Source: the human T2T-CHM13v2.0 reference genome, Homo sapiens
Strand: one strand, 5' to 3'
DNA: 64,000 nt
NCBI RefSeq assembly: GCF_009914755.1
Contig: NC_060948.1
This document shows positions 1 through 18,269 of this stretch, in pieces. The first letter of the stretch is position 1; every line of letters starts with the position of its first letter. The translations under genes were made by a program, and so were the position numbers. A model generated the notes under the pieces. The model was not told where the DNA came from and did no database searches. It was given only the letters and a program-made list of their open reading frames with translations.

Positions 1-1326
<1,326 letters not shown>

Positions 1327-1900
1327 AGATCCATATTTTTTAAATGAAAAAAAATTTCAAAGGTACTCTGCTTGGTACAATAATCAAATGTATAAACTGA
1401 GGAATAAAACATAACCATGAAACCTACTTATAACTGCATATGGAAAATACAGAGGATAATTTTTTAAATAACGTATTATGAAAGCCTTAACTAGTAATTT
1501 GAAGAGTTGGCATTTGAAAGGCCAGTATGAATATACCTTCAAAGCAGCAACACAGGTTCCCCATGAGAAAAAGCAAACACAGGGAAAATAAAAACACAAA
1601 GGTTCAATCTCTTCTGACCTTTGAAAGACACAGCACAGACAGTGGTCCTTAGGACGAAGAGCAGGAGACCCCTAATTCCGTCACCATGGCGATAGGGCAT
1701 AAACATTGCTGGGTGAGGGCACAATCCACATTGTGAGGTCCAACTGCTGCCAGGAAGACAGGAGTGCTTTTACATAGACCGAAAGGTCATTGAAGGCTCA
1801 GAGTTTTGTTTCAAGAACTGAATCCCAAGCCCACACGTTATTAGGCTGCGCTTCTTAAAACAAGTTATGAGATGGGAAAAAGGGCACCCACAAACATACG
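1327..1900. repeat. HSATI-like segment, unit 1 (representative; one follows each of Alu copies 1-26)
   Basis: Moderate-GC, non-simple ~575 bp between the Alu 5' end and the AT block. Later copies end near 4319, 6741, 9163, 11583, 14001, 16421, 18843, 21262, 23680, 26102, 28522, 30944, 33364, 35781, 38197, 40616, 43032, 45451, 47870, 50289, 52706, 55125, 57544, 59960, 62373. Named from its position and size in the known DYZ2 structure, not from a database alignment; boundaries approximate. Confidence 0.8.
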
Positions 1901-3453
1901 TATACATTATGTATATAATAATATACAGTATCATATATATAATATATATAACCTATGTATAATATTGTTTTACATCCTGCATCTTATGTTATATATATTG
2001 TATAAAATATAATAATTGATAATATATAAGTTTTATAATTATACAATATGACATATATTATATATTATAATTTATGACATATATAATATATGTTATATAT
2101 CATATATAGAATATATTATACGGTTAATATAAGTATTAAATATAAATTATACATTATATATATTATATATAATATATCTGTTATATATAATACCCATTAT
2201 GCATAATATATATATTATGTCTATGTTATATATAGTATAAAACAACATATAATAATATATAATTGTATATATAAAATGCGACATATAATATATATTATAT
2301 TTTATAACATATGTAATATATATTATATATTATATATAATACGTTGTATGTATAATACCTATATTAAATATATATTATATGACTATGTTATTAATTACAT
2401 GTCACATGTGTTATATATTATATATTTTACATAGAATATACCGGTTACATACAATATATACTATGTTACCTATAATGTATAATTTATTACATGTAAAATA
2501 AAGAATGCAATATATTATGTAAAATTTATAACATACAATATGTGGAATGTGATATATATAACATATAATATATGATATATGATATACAGTATATGATATA
2601 TAACATACAATATATGATTCCTAATATATATGGTATACAATATATATTTTATGATATGTATTCTATATGTTTTATATTCTGTTATATATAACTATTTGAA
2701 ATTATATATAACTGTATAATATTTTATGTAAATATGTAATATAATATATATAACTATATAATATATTATATATAACTATATATTATGTTATATATACTTT
2801 TATAACATAATTTACATAAAATATCATAATATAATATATATTATATTATTTCATATTACATAATATATATTACATATCACCCAATATAACTAACATACAT
2901 AATATTATAATATAGATTATATTGTGTAATATTAAATATCATATATATCATGTATCATATATTCTATAATATATATTACACATTATATAATATGTATGTT
3001 GTCTATTATGTGATATATATAACTATATATATAATTATATTTTTTACATATAACTAGATAAACATGTAATTCTACATATTTTCATTTATAATATGTAGAA
3101 TTATATAATCATATATAATTATTTATATTCTATAAAAAATTTTATCATTATATAAATTATAATATATAAAAATTATAATATGTACTACAAATATATATAT
3201 TATATATCATATATGATATAGTACCTTTGTTATATATCATAATACATATAAATGTGTATTATGTTATCTATAATTATATAATTTCATATATAAGATGTAT
3301 AATATGTATCATATATTATATATGTTATGTAATATATATAGTATATATAGGATGACACAGGATAAATATTATATACTATGACATATAAAATATATGAGGT
3401 TATATGTTACATATAAGGCATAGCACATATCATGTAATATATATCATATATAA
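1901..3453. repeat. AT-rich low-complexity block (representative; one lies between every HSATI segment and the next Alu)
   Basis: Degenerate (AT)n / TATAA / ATATGAT sequence, copied almost base for base in every unit. Confidence 0.92.
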
Positions 3454-3745
3454 TTTTTTTTTAGACAGAATCTTGTCCTGTTGCACAGGGTGGGGTACAA
3501 TGGCGCCATCTTTGCTCACTGCAACTTCTGCCTCACGGGTCCAAGCGATTGTCCTCCCTCAGCCTCCCAGGTAGCTGGGACTACACCACACTGGGACTAC
3601 ACCAGCTGCCACCATGCCTAGCTAATTTTTTGGATTTTTAGTAGTGACAGCGTTTCACTGTATTGGCCAGGATGGTCTTGATCTCTTCACCTTGTGATCC
3701 CCTTGCCTTGGCCTCCAAATTTGCTGGGATTACAGGCCTGAGCCA
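3454..3745 (-). mobile_element. Alu copy 2
   Basis: Near-identical to copy 1. Confidence 0.93.
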
Positions 3746-5852
3746 AGATCCATATTTTTTAAATGAAAAAAAATTTCAAAGGTACTCTGCTTGGTACAAT
3801 AATCAAATGTATAAACTGAGGAATAAAACATAACCATGAAACCTACTTATAACTGCATATGGAAAATACAGAGGATAATTTTTTAAATAACATATTTTGA
3901 AAGCCTTAACTAGTAATTTGAAGAGTTGGCATTTGAAAGGCCAGTATGAATATACCTTCAAAGCAGCAACACAGGTTCCCCATGAGAAAAAGCAAACTCA
4001 GGGAAAATAAAAACACAAAGGTTCAATCTCTTCTGACCTTTGAAAGACACAGCACAGACAGTGGTCCTTAGGACGAAGAGCAGGAGACCCCTAATTCCGT
4101 CACCATGGCGATAGGGCATAAACATTGCTGGGTGAGGGCACAATCCACATTGTGAGGTCCAACTGCTGCCAGGAAGACAGGCGTGCTTTTACATAGACCG
4201 AAAGGTCATTGAAGGCTCAGAGTTTTGTTTCAAGAACTGAATCCCAAGCCCACACGTTATTAGGCTGCGCTTCTTAAAACAAGTTATGAGATGGGAAAAA
4301 GGGCACCCACAAACATACGTATACATTATGTATATAATAATATACAGTGTCATATATATAATATATATAACCTATGTATAATATTGTTTTACATCCTGCA
4401 TCTTATGTTATATATATTGTATAAAATATAATTATTGATAATATATAAGTTTTATAATTATGCTACATGACATATAGTATATATTATAATTTATGACATA
4501 TATAATATATGTTATATATCATATATAGAATATATTATACGGTTAATATACGTATTAAATATAAATTATACATTATATATATTATATATAATATATCTGT
4601 TATATATAATACCCATTATGCATAATATATATATTATGTCTATGTTATATATAGTATAAAACAACATATAATAATATATAATTGTATATATAAAATGCGA
4701 CATATAATATATATTATATTTTATAACATATGTAATATATATTATATATTATATATAATACGTTGTATGTATAATACCTATATTAAATATATATTATATG
4801 ACTATGTTATTAATTACATGTCACATGTGTTATATATTATATATTTTACATAGAATATACCGGTTACATACAATATATACTATGTTACCTATAATGTATA
4901 ATTTATTACATGTAAAATAAAGAATGCAATATATTATGTATAATTTATAATATACAATATGTGGAATGTGATATATATAACATATAATATATGATATATG
5001 ATATACAGTATATGATATATAACATACAATATATGATTCCTAATATATATGGTATACAATATATATTTTATGATATGTATTCTATATGTTTTATATTCTG
5101 TTATATATAACTATTTGAAATTATATATAACTGTATAATATTTTATGTAAATATGTAATGTAATATATATAACTATATAATATATTATATATAATTATAT
5201 ATTATGTTATATATACTTTTATATCATAATTTACATAAGATATCATAATATAATATATATTATATTATTTCATATTACATAATATATATTTCATATCACC
5301 CAATATAACTAACATACATAATATTATAATATAGATTATATTATGTTATATTAAATATCATATATATCATGTATCATATATTCTATAATATATATTACAC
5401 ATTATATAATATGTATGTTGTCTATTATGTGATATATATAACTCTATATATAATTATATTTTTATACATATAACTAGATAAACATGTAATTCTACATATT
5501 TTCATTTATAATATGTAGAATTATATAATCATATATAATTATTTATATTCTATAAAAAATTTTATCATTATATAAATTATAATATATAAAAATTATAATA
5601 TGTACTACAAATATATATATATTATATATCATATATGATATAGTACCTTTGTTATATATCATAATACATATAAATGTGTATTATGTTATCTATAATTATA
5701 TAATTTCATATATAAGATGTATAATATGTATCATATATTATATATGTTATGTAATATATATAGTATATATAAGATGACACAGGATAAATATTATATACTA
5801 TGACATATAAAATATATGAGGTTATATGTTACATATAAGGCATAGCACATAA

Positions 5853-6167
<315 letters not shown>

Positions 6168-8274
6168 AGATCCATACTTTTTAAATGAAAAAAAATTTCA
6201 AAGGTACTCTGCTTGGTACAATAATCAAATGTATAAACTGAGGAATAAAACATAACCATAAAACGTACTTATAACTGCATATGGAAAATACAGAGGATAA
6301 TTTTTTAAATAACATATTTTGAAAGCCTTAACTAGTAATTTGAAGAGTTGGCATTTGAAAGGCCAGTATGAATATACCTTCAAAGCAGCAACACAGGTTC
6401 CCCATGAGAAAAAGCAAACTCAGGGAAAATAAAAACACAAAGGTTCAATCTCTTCTGACCTTTGAAAGACACAGCACAGACAGTGGTCCTTAGGACGAAG
6501 AGCAGGAGACCCCTAATTCCGTCACCATGGCGATAGGGCATAAACATTGCAGGGTGAGGGCACAATCCACATTGTGAGGTCCAACTGCTGCCAGGAAGAC
6601 AGGCGTGCTTTTACATAGACCGAAAGGTCATTGAAGGCTCAGAGTTTTGTTTCAAGAACTGAATCCCAAGCCCACACGTTATTAGGCTGCGCTACTTAAA
6701 ACAAGTTATGAGATGGGAAAAAGGGCACCCACAAACATACTTATACATTATGTATATAATAATATACAGTGTCATATATATAATATACATAACCTATGTA
6801 TAATATTGTTTTACATCCTGCATCTTATGTTATATATATTGTATAAAATATAATTATTGATAATATATAAGTTTTATAATTATGCTACATGACATATAGT
6901 ATATATTATAATTTATGACATATATAATATATGTTATATATCATATATAGAATATATTATACGGTTAATATACGTATTAAATATAAATTATACATTATAT
7001 ATATTATATATAATATATCTGTTATATATAATACCCATTATGCATAATATATATATTATGTCTATGTTATATATAGTATAAAACAACATATAATAATATA
7101 TAATTGTATATATAAAATGCGACATATAATATATATTATATTTTATAACATATGTAATATATATTATATATTATATATAATACGTTGTATGTATAATACC
7201 TATATTAAATATATATTATATGACTATGTTATTAATTACATGTCACATGTGTTATATATTATATATTTTACATAGAATATACCGGTTACATACAATATAT
7301 ACTATGTTACCTATAATGTATAATTTATTACATGTAAAATAAAGAATGCAATATATTATGTATAATTTATAATATACCATATGTGGAATGTGATATATAT
7401 AACATATAATATATGATATATGATATACAGTATATGATATATAACATACAATATATGATTCCTAATATATATGGTATACAATATATATTTTATGATATGT
7501 ATTCTATATGTTTTATATTCTGTTATATATAACTATTTGAAATTATATATAACTGTATAATATTTTATGTAAATATGTAATGTAATATATATAACTGTAT
7601 AATATATTATATATAACTATATATTATGTTATATATACTTTTATAACATAATTTACATAAAATATCATAATATAATATATATTATATTATTTCATATTAC
7701 ATAATATATATTACATATCACCCAATATAACTAACATACATAATATTATAATATAGATTATATTGTGTTATATTAAATATCATATATATCATGTATCATA
7801 TATTCTATAATATATATTACACATTATATAATATGTATGTTGTCTATTATGTGATATATATAACTCTATATATAATTATATTTTTATACATATAACTAGA
7901 TAAACATGTAATTCTACATATTTTCATTTATAATATGTAGAATTATATAATCATATATAATTATTTATATTCTATAAAAAATTTTATCATTATATAAATT
8001 ATAATATATAAAAATTATAATATGTACTACAAATATATATATATTATATATCATATATGATATAGTACCTTTGTTATATATCATAATACATATAAATGTG
8101 TATTATGTTATCTATAATTATATAATTTCATATATAAGATGTATAATATGTATCATATATTATATATGTTATGTAATATATATAGTATATATAAGATGAC
8201 ACAGGATAAATATTATATACTATGACATATAAAATATATGAGGTTATATGTTACATATAAGGCATAGCACATAA

Positions 8275-8589
<315 letters not shown>

Positions 8590-10717
8590 AGATCCATACT
8601 TTTTAAATGAAAAAAAATTTCAAAGGTACTCTGCTTGGTACAATAATCAAATGTATAAACTGAGGAATAAAACATAACCATGAAACGTACTTATAACTGC
8701 ATATGGAAAATACAGAGGATAATTTTTTAAATAACATATTTTGAAAGCCTTAACTAGTAATTTGAAGAGTTGGCATTTGAAAGGCCAGTATGAATATACC
8801 TTCAAAGCAGCAACACAGGTTCCCCATGAGAAAAAGCAAACTCAGGGAAAATAAAAACACAAAGGTTCAATCTCTTCTGACCTTTGAAAGACACAGCACA
8901 GACAGTGGTCCTTAGGACGAAGAGCAGGAGACCCCTAATTCCGTCACCATGGCGATAGGGCATAAACATTGCTGGGTGAGGGCAAAATCCACATTGTGAG
9001 GTCCAACTGCTGCCAGGAAGACAGGCGTGCTTTTACATAGACCGAAAGGTCATTGAAGGCTCAGAGTTTTGTTTCAAGAACTGAATCCCAAGCCCACACG
9101 TTATTAGGCTGCGCTTCTTAAAACAAGTTATGAGATGGGAAAAAGGGCACCCACAAACATACGTATACATTATGTATATAATAATATACAGTGTCATATA
9201 TATAATATATATAACCTATGTATAATATTGTTTTACATCCTGCATCTTATGTTATATATATTGTATAAAATATAATTATTGATAATATATAAGTTTTATA
9301 ATTATGCTACATGACATATAGTATATATTATAATTTATGACATATATAATATATGTTATATATCATATATAGAATATATTATACGGTTAATATACGTATT
9401 AAATATAAATTATACATTATATATATTATATATAATATATCTGTTATATATAATACCCATTATGCATAATATATATATTATGTCTATGTTATATATAGTA
9501 TAAAACAACATATAATAATATATAATTGTATATATAAAATGCGACATATAATATATATTATATTTTATAACATATGTAATATATATTATATATTATATAT
9601 AATACGTTGTATGTATAATACCTATATTAAATATATATTATATGACTATGTTATTAATTACATGTCACATGTGTTATATATTATATATTTTACATAGAAT
9701 ATACCGGTTACATACAATATATACTATGTTACCTATAATGTATAATTTATTACATTTAAAATAAAGAATGCAATATATTATGTATAATTTATAATATACA
9801 ATATGTGGAATGTGATATATATAACATATAATATATGATATATGATATACAGTATATGATATATAACATACAATATATGATTCCTAATATATATGGTATA
9901 CAATATATATTTTATGATATGTATTCTATATGTTTTATATTCTGTTATATATAACTATTTGAAATTATATATAACTGTATAATATTTTATGTAAATATAT
10001 AATATAATATATATAACTATATAATATATTATATATAACTATATATTATGTTATATATACTTTTATAACATAATTTACATAAAATATCATAATATAATAT
10101 ATATTATATTATTTCATATTACATAATATATATTACATATCACCCAATATAACTAACATACATAATATTGTAATATAGATTATATTATGTTATATTAAAT
10201 ATCATATATATCATGTATCATATATTCTATAATATATATTACACATTATATAATATGTATGTTTTCTATTATGTGATATATATAACTATATATATAATTA
10301 TATTTTTATACATATAACTAGATAAACATGTAATTCTACATATTTTCATTTATAATATGTAGAATTATATAATCATATATAATTATTTATATTCTATAAA
10401 AAATTTTATCATTATATAAATTATAATATATAAAAATTATAATATGTACTACAAATATATATATTATATATCATATATGATATAGTACCTTTGTTATATA
10501 TCATAATACATATAAATGTGTATTATGATATCTATAATTATATAATTTCATATATAAGATGTATAATATGTATCATATATTATATATGTTATGTAATATA
10601 TATAGTATATATAAGATGACACAGGATAAATATTATATACTATGACATATAAAATATATGAGGTTATATGTTACATATAAGGCATAGCACATAACATGTA
10701 ATATATATCATATATAA

Positions 10718-11009
10718 TTTTTTTTTAGACAGAATCTTGTCCTGTTGCACAGGGTAGGGTACAATGGCGCCATCTTTGCTCACTGCAACTTCTGCCTCAC
10801 GGGTCCAAGCGATTGTCCTCCCTCAGCCTCCCAGGTAGCTGGGACTACACCACACTGGGACTACACCAGCTGCCACCATGCCTAGCTAATTTTTTGGATT
10901 TTTAGTAGTGACAGCGTTTCACTGTATTGGCCAGGATGGTCTTGATCTCTTCACCTTGTGATCCCCTTGCCTTGGCCTCCAAATTTGCTGGGATTACAGG
11001 CCTGAGCCA
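10718..11009 (-). mobile_element. Alu copy 5
   Basis: Near-identical to copy 1. Confidence 0.93.
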
Positions 11010-13136
11010 AGATCCATACTTTTTAAATGAAAAAAAATTTCAAAGGTACTCTGCTTGGTACAATAATCAAATGTATACACTGAGGAATAAAACATAAACA
11101 TGAAACCTACTTATAACTGCATATGGAAAATACAGAGAATAATTTTTTAAATAACATATTTTGAAAGCCTTAACTAGTAATTTGAAGAGTTGGCATTTGA
11201 AAGGCCAGTATGAATATACCTTCAAAGCAGCAACACAGGTTCCCCATGAGAAAAAGCAAACACAGGGAAAATAAAAACACAAAGGTTCAATCTCTTCTGA
11301 CCTTTGAAAGACACAGCACAGACAGTGGTCCTTAGGACGAAGAGCAGGAGACCCCTAATTCCGTCACCATGGCGATAGGGCATAAACATTGCTGGGTGAG
11401 GGCACAATCCACATTGTGAGGTCCAACTGCTGCCAGGAAGACAGGAGTGCTTTTACATAGACCGAAAGGTCATTGAAGGCTCAGAGTTTTGTTTCAAGAA
11501 CTGAATCCCAAGCCCACACGTTATTAGGCTGCGCTTCTTAAAACAAGTTATGAGATGGGAAAAAGGGCACCCACAAACATACGTATACATTATGTATATA
11601 ATAATATACAGTGTCATATATATAATATATATAACCTATGTATAATATTGTTTTACATCCTGCATCTTATGTTATATATATTGTATAAAATATAATTATT
11701 GATAATATATAAGTTTTATAATTATGCTACATGACATATAGTATATATTATAATTTATGACATATATAATATATGTTATATATCATATATAGAATATATT
11801 ATACGGTTAATATACATATTAAATATAAATTATACATTATATATATTATATATAATATATCTGTTATATATAATACCCATTATGCATAATATATATATTA
11901 TGTCTATGTTATATATAGTATAAAACAACATATAATAATATATAATTGTATATATAAAATGCGACATATAATATATATTATATTTTATAACATATGTAAT
12001 ATATATTATATATTATATATAATACGTTGTATGTATAATACCTATATTAAATATATATTATATGACTATGTTATTAATTACATGTCACATGTGTTATATA
12101 TTATATATTTTACATAGAATATACCGGTTACATACAATATATACTATGTTACCTATAATGTATAATTTATTACATGTAAAATAAAGAATGCAATATATTA
12201 TGTAAAATTTATAACATACAATATGTGGAATGTGATATATATAACATATAATATATGATATATGATATACAGTATATGATATATAACATACAATATATGA
12301 TTCCTAATATATATGGTATACAATATATATTTTATGATATGTATTCTATATGTTTTATATTCTGTTATATATAACTATTTGAAATTATATATAACTGTAT
12401 AATATTTTATTTAAATATGTAATATAATATATATAACTATATAATATATTATATATAACTATATATTATGTTATATATACTTTTATAACATAATTTACAT
12501 AAAATATCATAATATAATATATATTATATTATTTCATATTACATAATATATATTACATATCACCCAATATAACTAACATACATAATATTATAATATAGAT
12601 TATATTGTGTAATATTAAATATCATATATATCATGTATCATATATTCTATAATATATATTACACATTATATAATATGTATGTTGTCTATTATGTGATATA
12701 TATAACTATATATATAATTATATTTTTTACATATAACTAGATAAACATGTAATTCTACATATTTTCATTTGTAATATGTAGAATTATATAATCATATATA
12801 ATTATTTATATTGTATAAAAAATTTTATCATTATAAAAATTATAATATATAAAAATTATAATATGTACTACAAATATATATATTATATATCATATATGAT
12901 ATAGTACCTTTGTTATATATCATAATACATATAAATGTGTATTATGTTATCTATAATTATATAATTTCATATATAAGATGTATAATATGTATCATATATT
13001 ATATATGTTATGTAATATATATAGTATATATAAGATGACACAGGATAAATATTATATACTATGACATATAAAATATATGAGGTTCTATGTTACATATAAG
13101 GCATAGCACATATCATGTAATATATATCATATATAA

Positions 13137-13428
13137 TTTTTTTTTAGACAGAATCTTGTCCTGTTGCACAGGGTGGGGTACAATGGCGCCATCTTTGCTC
13201 ACTGCAACTTCTGCCTCACGGGTCCAAGCGATTGTCCTCCCTCAGCCTCCCAGGTAGCTGGGACTACACCACACTGGGAGTACACCAGCTGCCACCATGC
13301 CTAGCTAATTTTTTGGATTTTTAGTAGTGACAGCGTTTCACTGTATTGGCCAGGATGGTCTTGATCTCTTCACCTTGTGATCCCCTTGCCTTGGCCTCCA
13401 AATTTGCTGGGATTACAGGCCTGAGCCA
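13137..13428 (-). mobile_element. Alu copy 6
   Basis: Near-identical to copy 1. Confidence 0.93.
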
Positions 13429-15532
13429 AGATCCATATTTTTTAAATGAAAAAAATTTCAAAGGTACTCTGCTTGGTACAATAATCAAATGTATAAACTG
13501 AGGAATAAAACATAACCATGAAACCTACTTATAACTGCATATGGAAAATACAGAGGATAATTTTTTAAATAACATATTTTGAAAGCCTTAACTAGTAATT
13601 TGAAGAGTTGGCATTTGAAAGGCCAGTATGAATATACCTTCAAAGCAGCAACACAGGTTCCCCATGAGAAAAAGCAAACACAGGGAAAATAAAAACACAA
13701 AGGTTCAATCTCTTCAGACCTTTGAAAGACACAGCACAGACACTGGTCCTTAGGACGAAGAGCAGGAGACCCCTAATTCCGTCACCATGGCGATAGGGCA
13801 TAAACATTGCTGGGTGAGGGCACAATCCACATTGTGAGGTCCAACTGCTGCCAGGAAGACAGGAGTGCTTTTACATAGACCGAAAGGTCATTGAAGGCTC
13901 AGAGTTTTGTTTCAAGAACTGAATCCCAAGCCCACACGTTATTAGGCTGCGCTTCTTAAAACAAGTTATGAGATGGGAAAAAGGGCACCCACAAACATAC
14001 GTATACATTATGTATATAATAATATACAGTGTCATATATATAATATATATAACCTATGTATAATATTGTTTTACATCCTGCATCTTATGTTATATATATT
14101 GTATAAAATATAATTATTGATAATATATAAGTTTTATAATTATGCTACATGACATATAGTATATATTATAATTTATGACATATATAATATATGTTATATA
14201 TCATATATAGAATATATTATACGGTTAATATACGTATTAAATATAAATTATACATTATATATATTATATATAATATATCTGTTATATATAATACCCATTA
14301 TGCATAATATATATATTATGTCTATGTTATATATAGTATAAAACAACATATAATAATATATAATTGTATATATAAAATGCGACATATAATATATATTATA
14401 TTTTATAACATATGTAATATATATTATATATTATATATAATACGTTGTATGTATAATACCTATATTAAATATATATTATATGACTATGTTATTAATTACA
14501 TGTCACATGTGTTATATATTATATATTTTACATAGAATATACCGGTTACATACAATATATACTATGTTACCTATAATGTATAATTTATTACATTTAAAAT
14601 AAAGAATGCAATATATTATGTATAATTTATAATATACAATATGTGGAATGTGATATATATAACATATAATATATGATATATGATATACAGTATATGATAT
14701 ATAACATACAATATATGATTCCTAATATATATGGTATACAATATATATTTTATGATATGTATTCTATATGTTTTATATTCTGTTATATATAACTATTTGA
14801 AATTATATATAACTGTATAATATTTTATGTAAATATATAATATAATATATATAACTATATAATATATTATATATAACTATATATTATGTTATATATACTT
14901 TTATAACATAATTTACATAAAATATCATAATATAATATATATTATATTATTTCATATTACATAATATATATTACATATCACCCAATATAACTAACATACA
15001 TAATATTGTAATATAGATTATATTATGTTATATTAAATATCATATATATCATGTATCATATATTCTATAATATATATTACACATTATATAATATGTATGT
15101 TGTCTATTATGTGATATATATAACTATATATATAATTATATTTTTATACATATAACTAGATAAACATGTAATTCTACATATTTTCATTTATAATATGTAG
15201 AATTATATAATCATATATAATTATTTATATTCTATAAAAAATTTTATCATTATATAAATTATAATATATAAAAATTATAATATGTACTACAAATATATAT
15301 ATTATATATCATATATGATATAGTACCTTTGTTATATATCATAATACATATAAATGTGTATTATGTTATCTATAATTATATAATTTCATATATAAGATGT
15401 ATAATATGTATCATATATTATATATGTTATGTAATATATATAGTATATATAAGATGACACAGGATAAATATTATATACTATGACATATAAAATATATGAG
15501 GTTATATGTTACATATAAGGCATAGCACATAA

Positions 15533-15847
<315 letters not shown>

Positions 15848-17954
15848 AGATCCATACTTTTTAAATGAAAAAAAATTTCAAAGGTACTCTGCTTGGTACA
15901 ATAATCAAATGTATACACTGAGGAATAAAACATAAACATGAAACCTACTTATAACTGCATATGGAAAATACAGAGGATAATTTTTTAAATAACATATTTT
16001 GAAAGCCTTAACTAGTAATTTGAAGAGTTGGCATTTGAAAGGCCAGTATGAATATACCTTCAAAGCAGCAACACAGGTTCCCCATGAGAAAAAGCAAACA
16101 CAGGGAAAATAAAAACACAAAGGTTCAATCTCTTCTGACCTTTGAAAGACACAGCACAGACAGTGGTCCTTAGGACGAAGAGCAGGAGACCCCTAATTCC
16201 GTCACCATGGCGATAGGGCATAAACATTGCTGGGTGAGGGCACAATCCACATTGTGAGGTCCAACTGCTGCCAGGAAGACAGGAGTGCTTTTACATAGAC
16301 CGAAAGGTCATTGAAGGCTCAGAGTTTTGTTTCAAGAACTGAATCCCAAGCCCACACGTTATTAGGCTGCGCTTCTTAAAACAAGTTATGAGATGGGAAA
16401 AAGGGCACCCACAAACATACGTATACATTATGTATATAATAATATACAGTGTCATATATATAATATATATAACCTATGTATAATATTGTTTTACATCCTG
16501 CATCTTATGTTATATATATTGTATAAAATATAATTATTGATAATATATAAGTTTTATAATTATGCTACATGACATATAGTATATATTATAATTTATGACA
16601 TATATAATATATGTTATATATCATATATAGAATATATTATACGGTTAATATACGTATTAAATATAAATTATACATTATATATATTATATATAATATATCT
16701 GTTATATATAATACCCATTATGCATAATATATATATTATGTCTATGTTATATATAGTATAAAACAACATATAATAATATATAATTGTATATATAAAATGC
16801 GACATATAATATATATTATATTTTATAACATATGTAATATATATTATATATTATATATAATACGTTGTATGTATAATACCTATATTAAATATATATTATA
16901 TGACTATGTTATTAATTACATGTCACATGTGTTATATATTATATATTTTACATAGAATATACCGGTTACATACAATATATACTATGTTACCTATAATGTA
17001 TAATTTATTACATTTAAAATAAAGAATGCAATATATTATGTATAATTTATAATATACAATATGTGGAATGTGATATATATAACATATAATATATGATATA
17101 TGATATACAGTATATGATATATAACATACAATATATGATTCCTAATATATATGGTATACAATATATATTTTATGATATGTATTCTATATGTTTTATATTC
17201 TGTTATATATAACTATTTGAAATTATATATAACTGTATAATATTTTATGTAAATATATAATATAATATATATAACTATATAATATATTATATATAACTAT
17301 ATATTATGTTATATATACTTTTATAACATAATTTACATAAAATATCATAATATAATATATATTATATTATTTCATATTACATAATATATATTACATATCA
17401 CCCAATATAACTAACATACATAATATTGTAATATAGATTATATTATGTTATATTAAATATCATATATATCATGTATCATATATTCTATAATATATATTAC
17501 ACATTATATAATATGTATGTTGTCTATTATGTGATATATATAACTCTATATATAATTATATTTTTATACATATAACTAGATAAACATGTAATTCTACATA
17601 TTTTCATTTATAATATGTAGAATTATATAATCATATATAATTATTTATATTCTATAAAAAATTTTATCATTATATAAATTATAATATATAAAAATTATAA
17701 TATGTACTACAAATATATATATATTATATATCATATATGATATAGTACCTTTGTTATATATCATAATACATATAAATGTGTATTATGTTATCTATAATTA
17801 TATAATTTCATATATAAGATGTATAATATGTATCATATATTATATATGTTATGTAATATATATAGTATATATAAGATGACACAGGATAAATATTATATAC
17901 TATGACATATAAAATATATGAGGTTATATGTTACATATAAGGCATAGCACATAA

Positions 17955-18269
<315 letters not shown>

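Noticed and set aside
1361-1425. Hammerhead-like core: CTGAGGA (1397-1403) ... GAAAC (1419-1423), with AGGTA at 1361 able to pair with ACCT
   Set aside because: Hammerheads do occur in some animal satellites, but here stem II would be only 2 bp, stem I cannot form, and unit 3 loses GAAA. An Infernal search with Rfam hammerhead models or an in vitro cleavage assay would settle it.
1384-1599. 71-aa minus-strand ORF
   Set aside because: The aaactcagg variant introduces a TGA in most units, and it overlaps the other ORF in a different frame.
1539-1724. 61-aa minus-strand ORF repeated 25 times
   Set aside because: It starts at TTG (lost in unit 4), has no recognisable domain, and carries many amino-acid-changing variants. 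It recurs only because the DNA unit recurs.
1720-1788. Small hairpins in HSATI: cacaat-ccac-attgtg and gacc-GAAA-ggtc (GNRA loop)
   Set aside because: Stems of 4-6 bp are expected by chance, and variants in units 4, 18, 20, 23 and 25 break pairing without compensation.
1901-3453. TATA boxes and AATAAA signals
   Set aside because: These are unavoidable at this AT content, and there is no associated gene structure.
1901-3453. Long PATRR-type palindrome spanning the AT block
   Set aside because: I could verify only short local palindromes. No long inverted arms were seen by eye; einverted would confirm.
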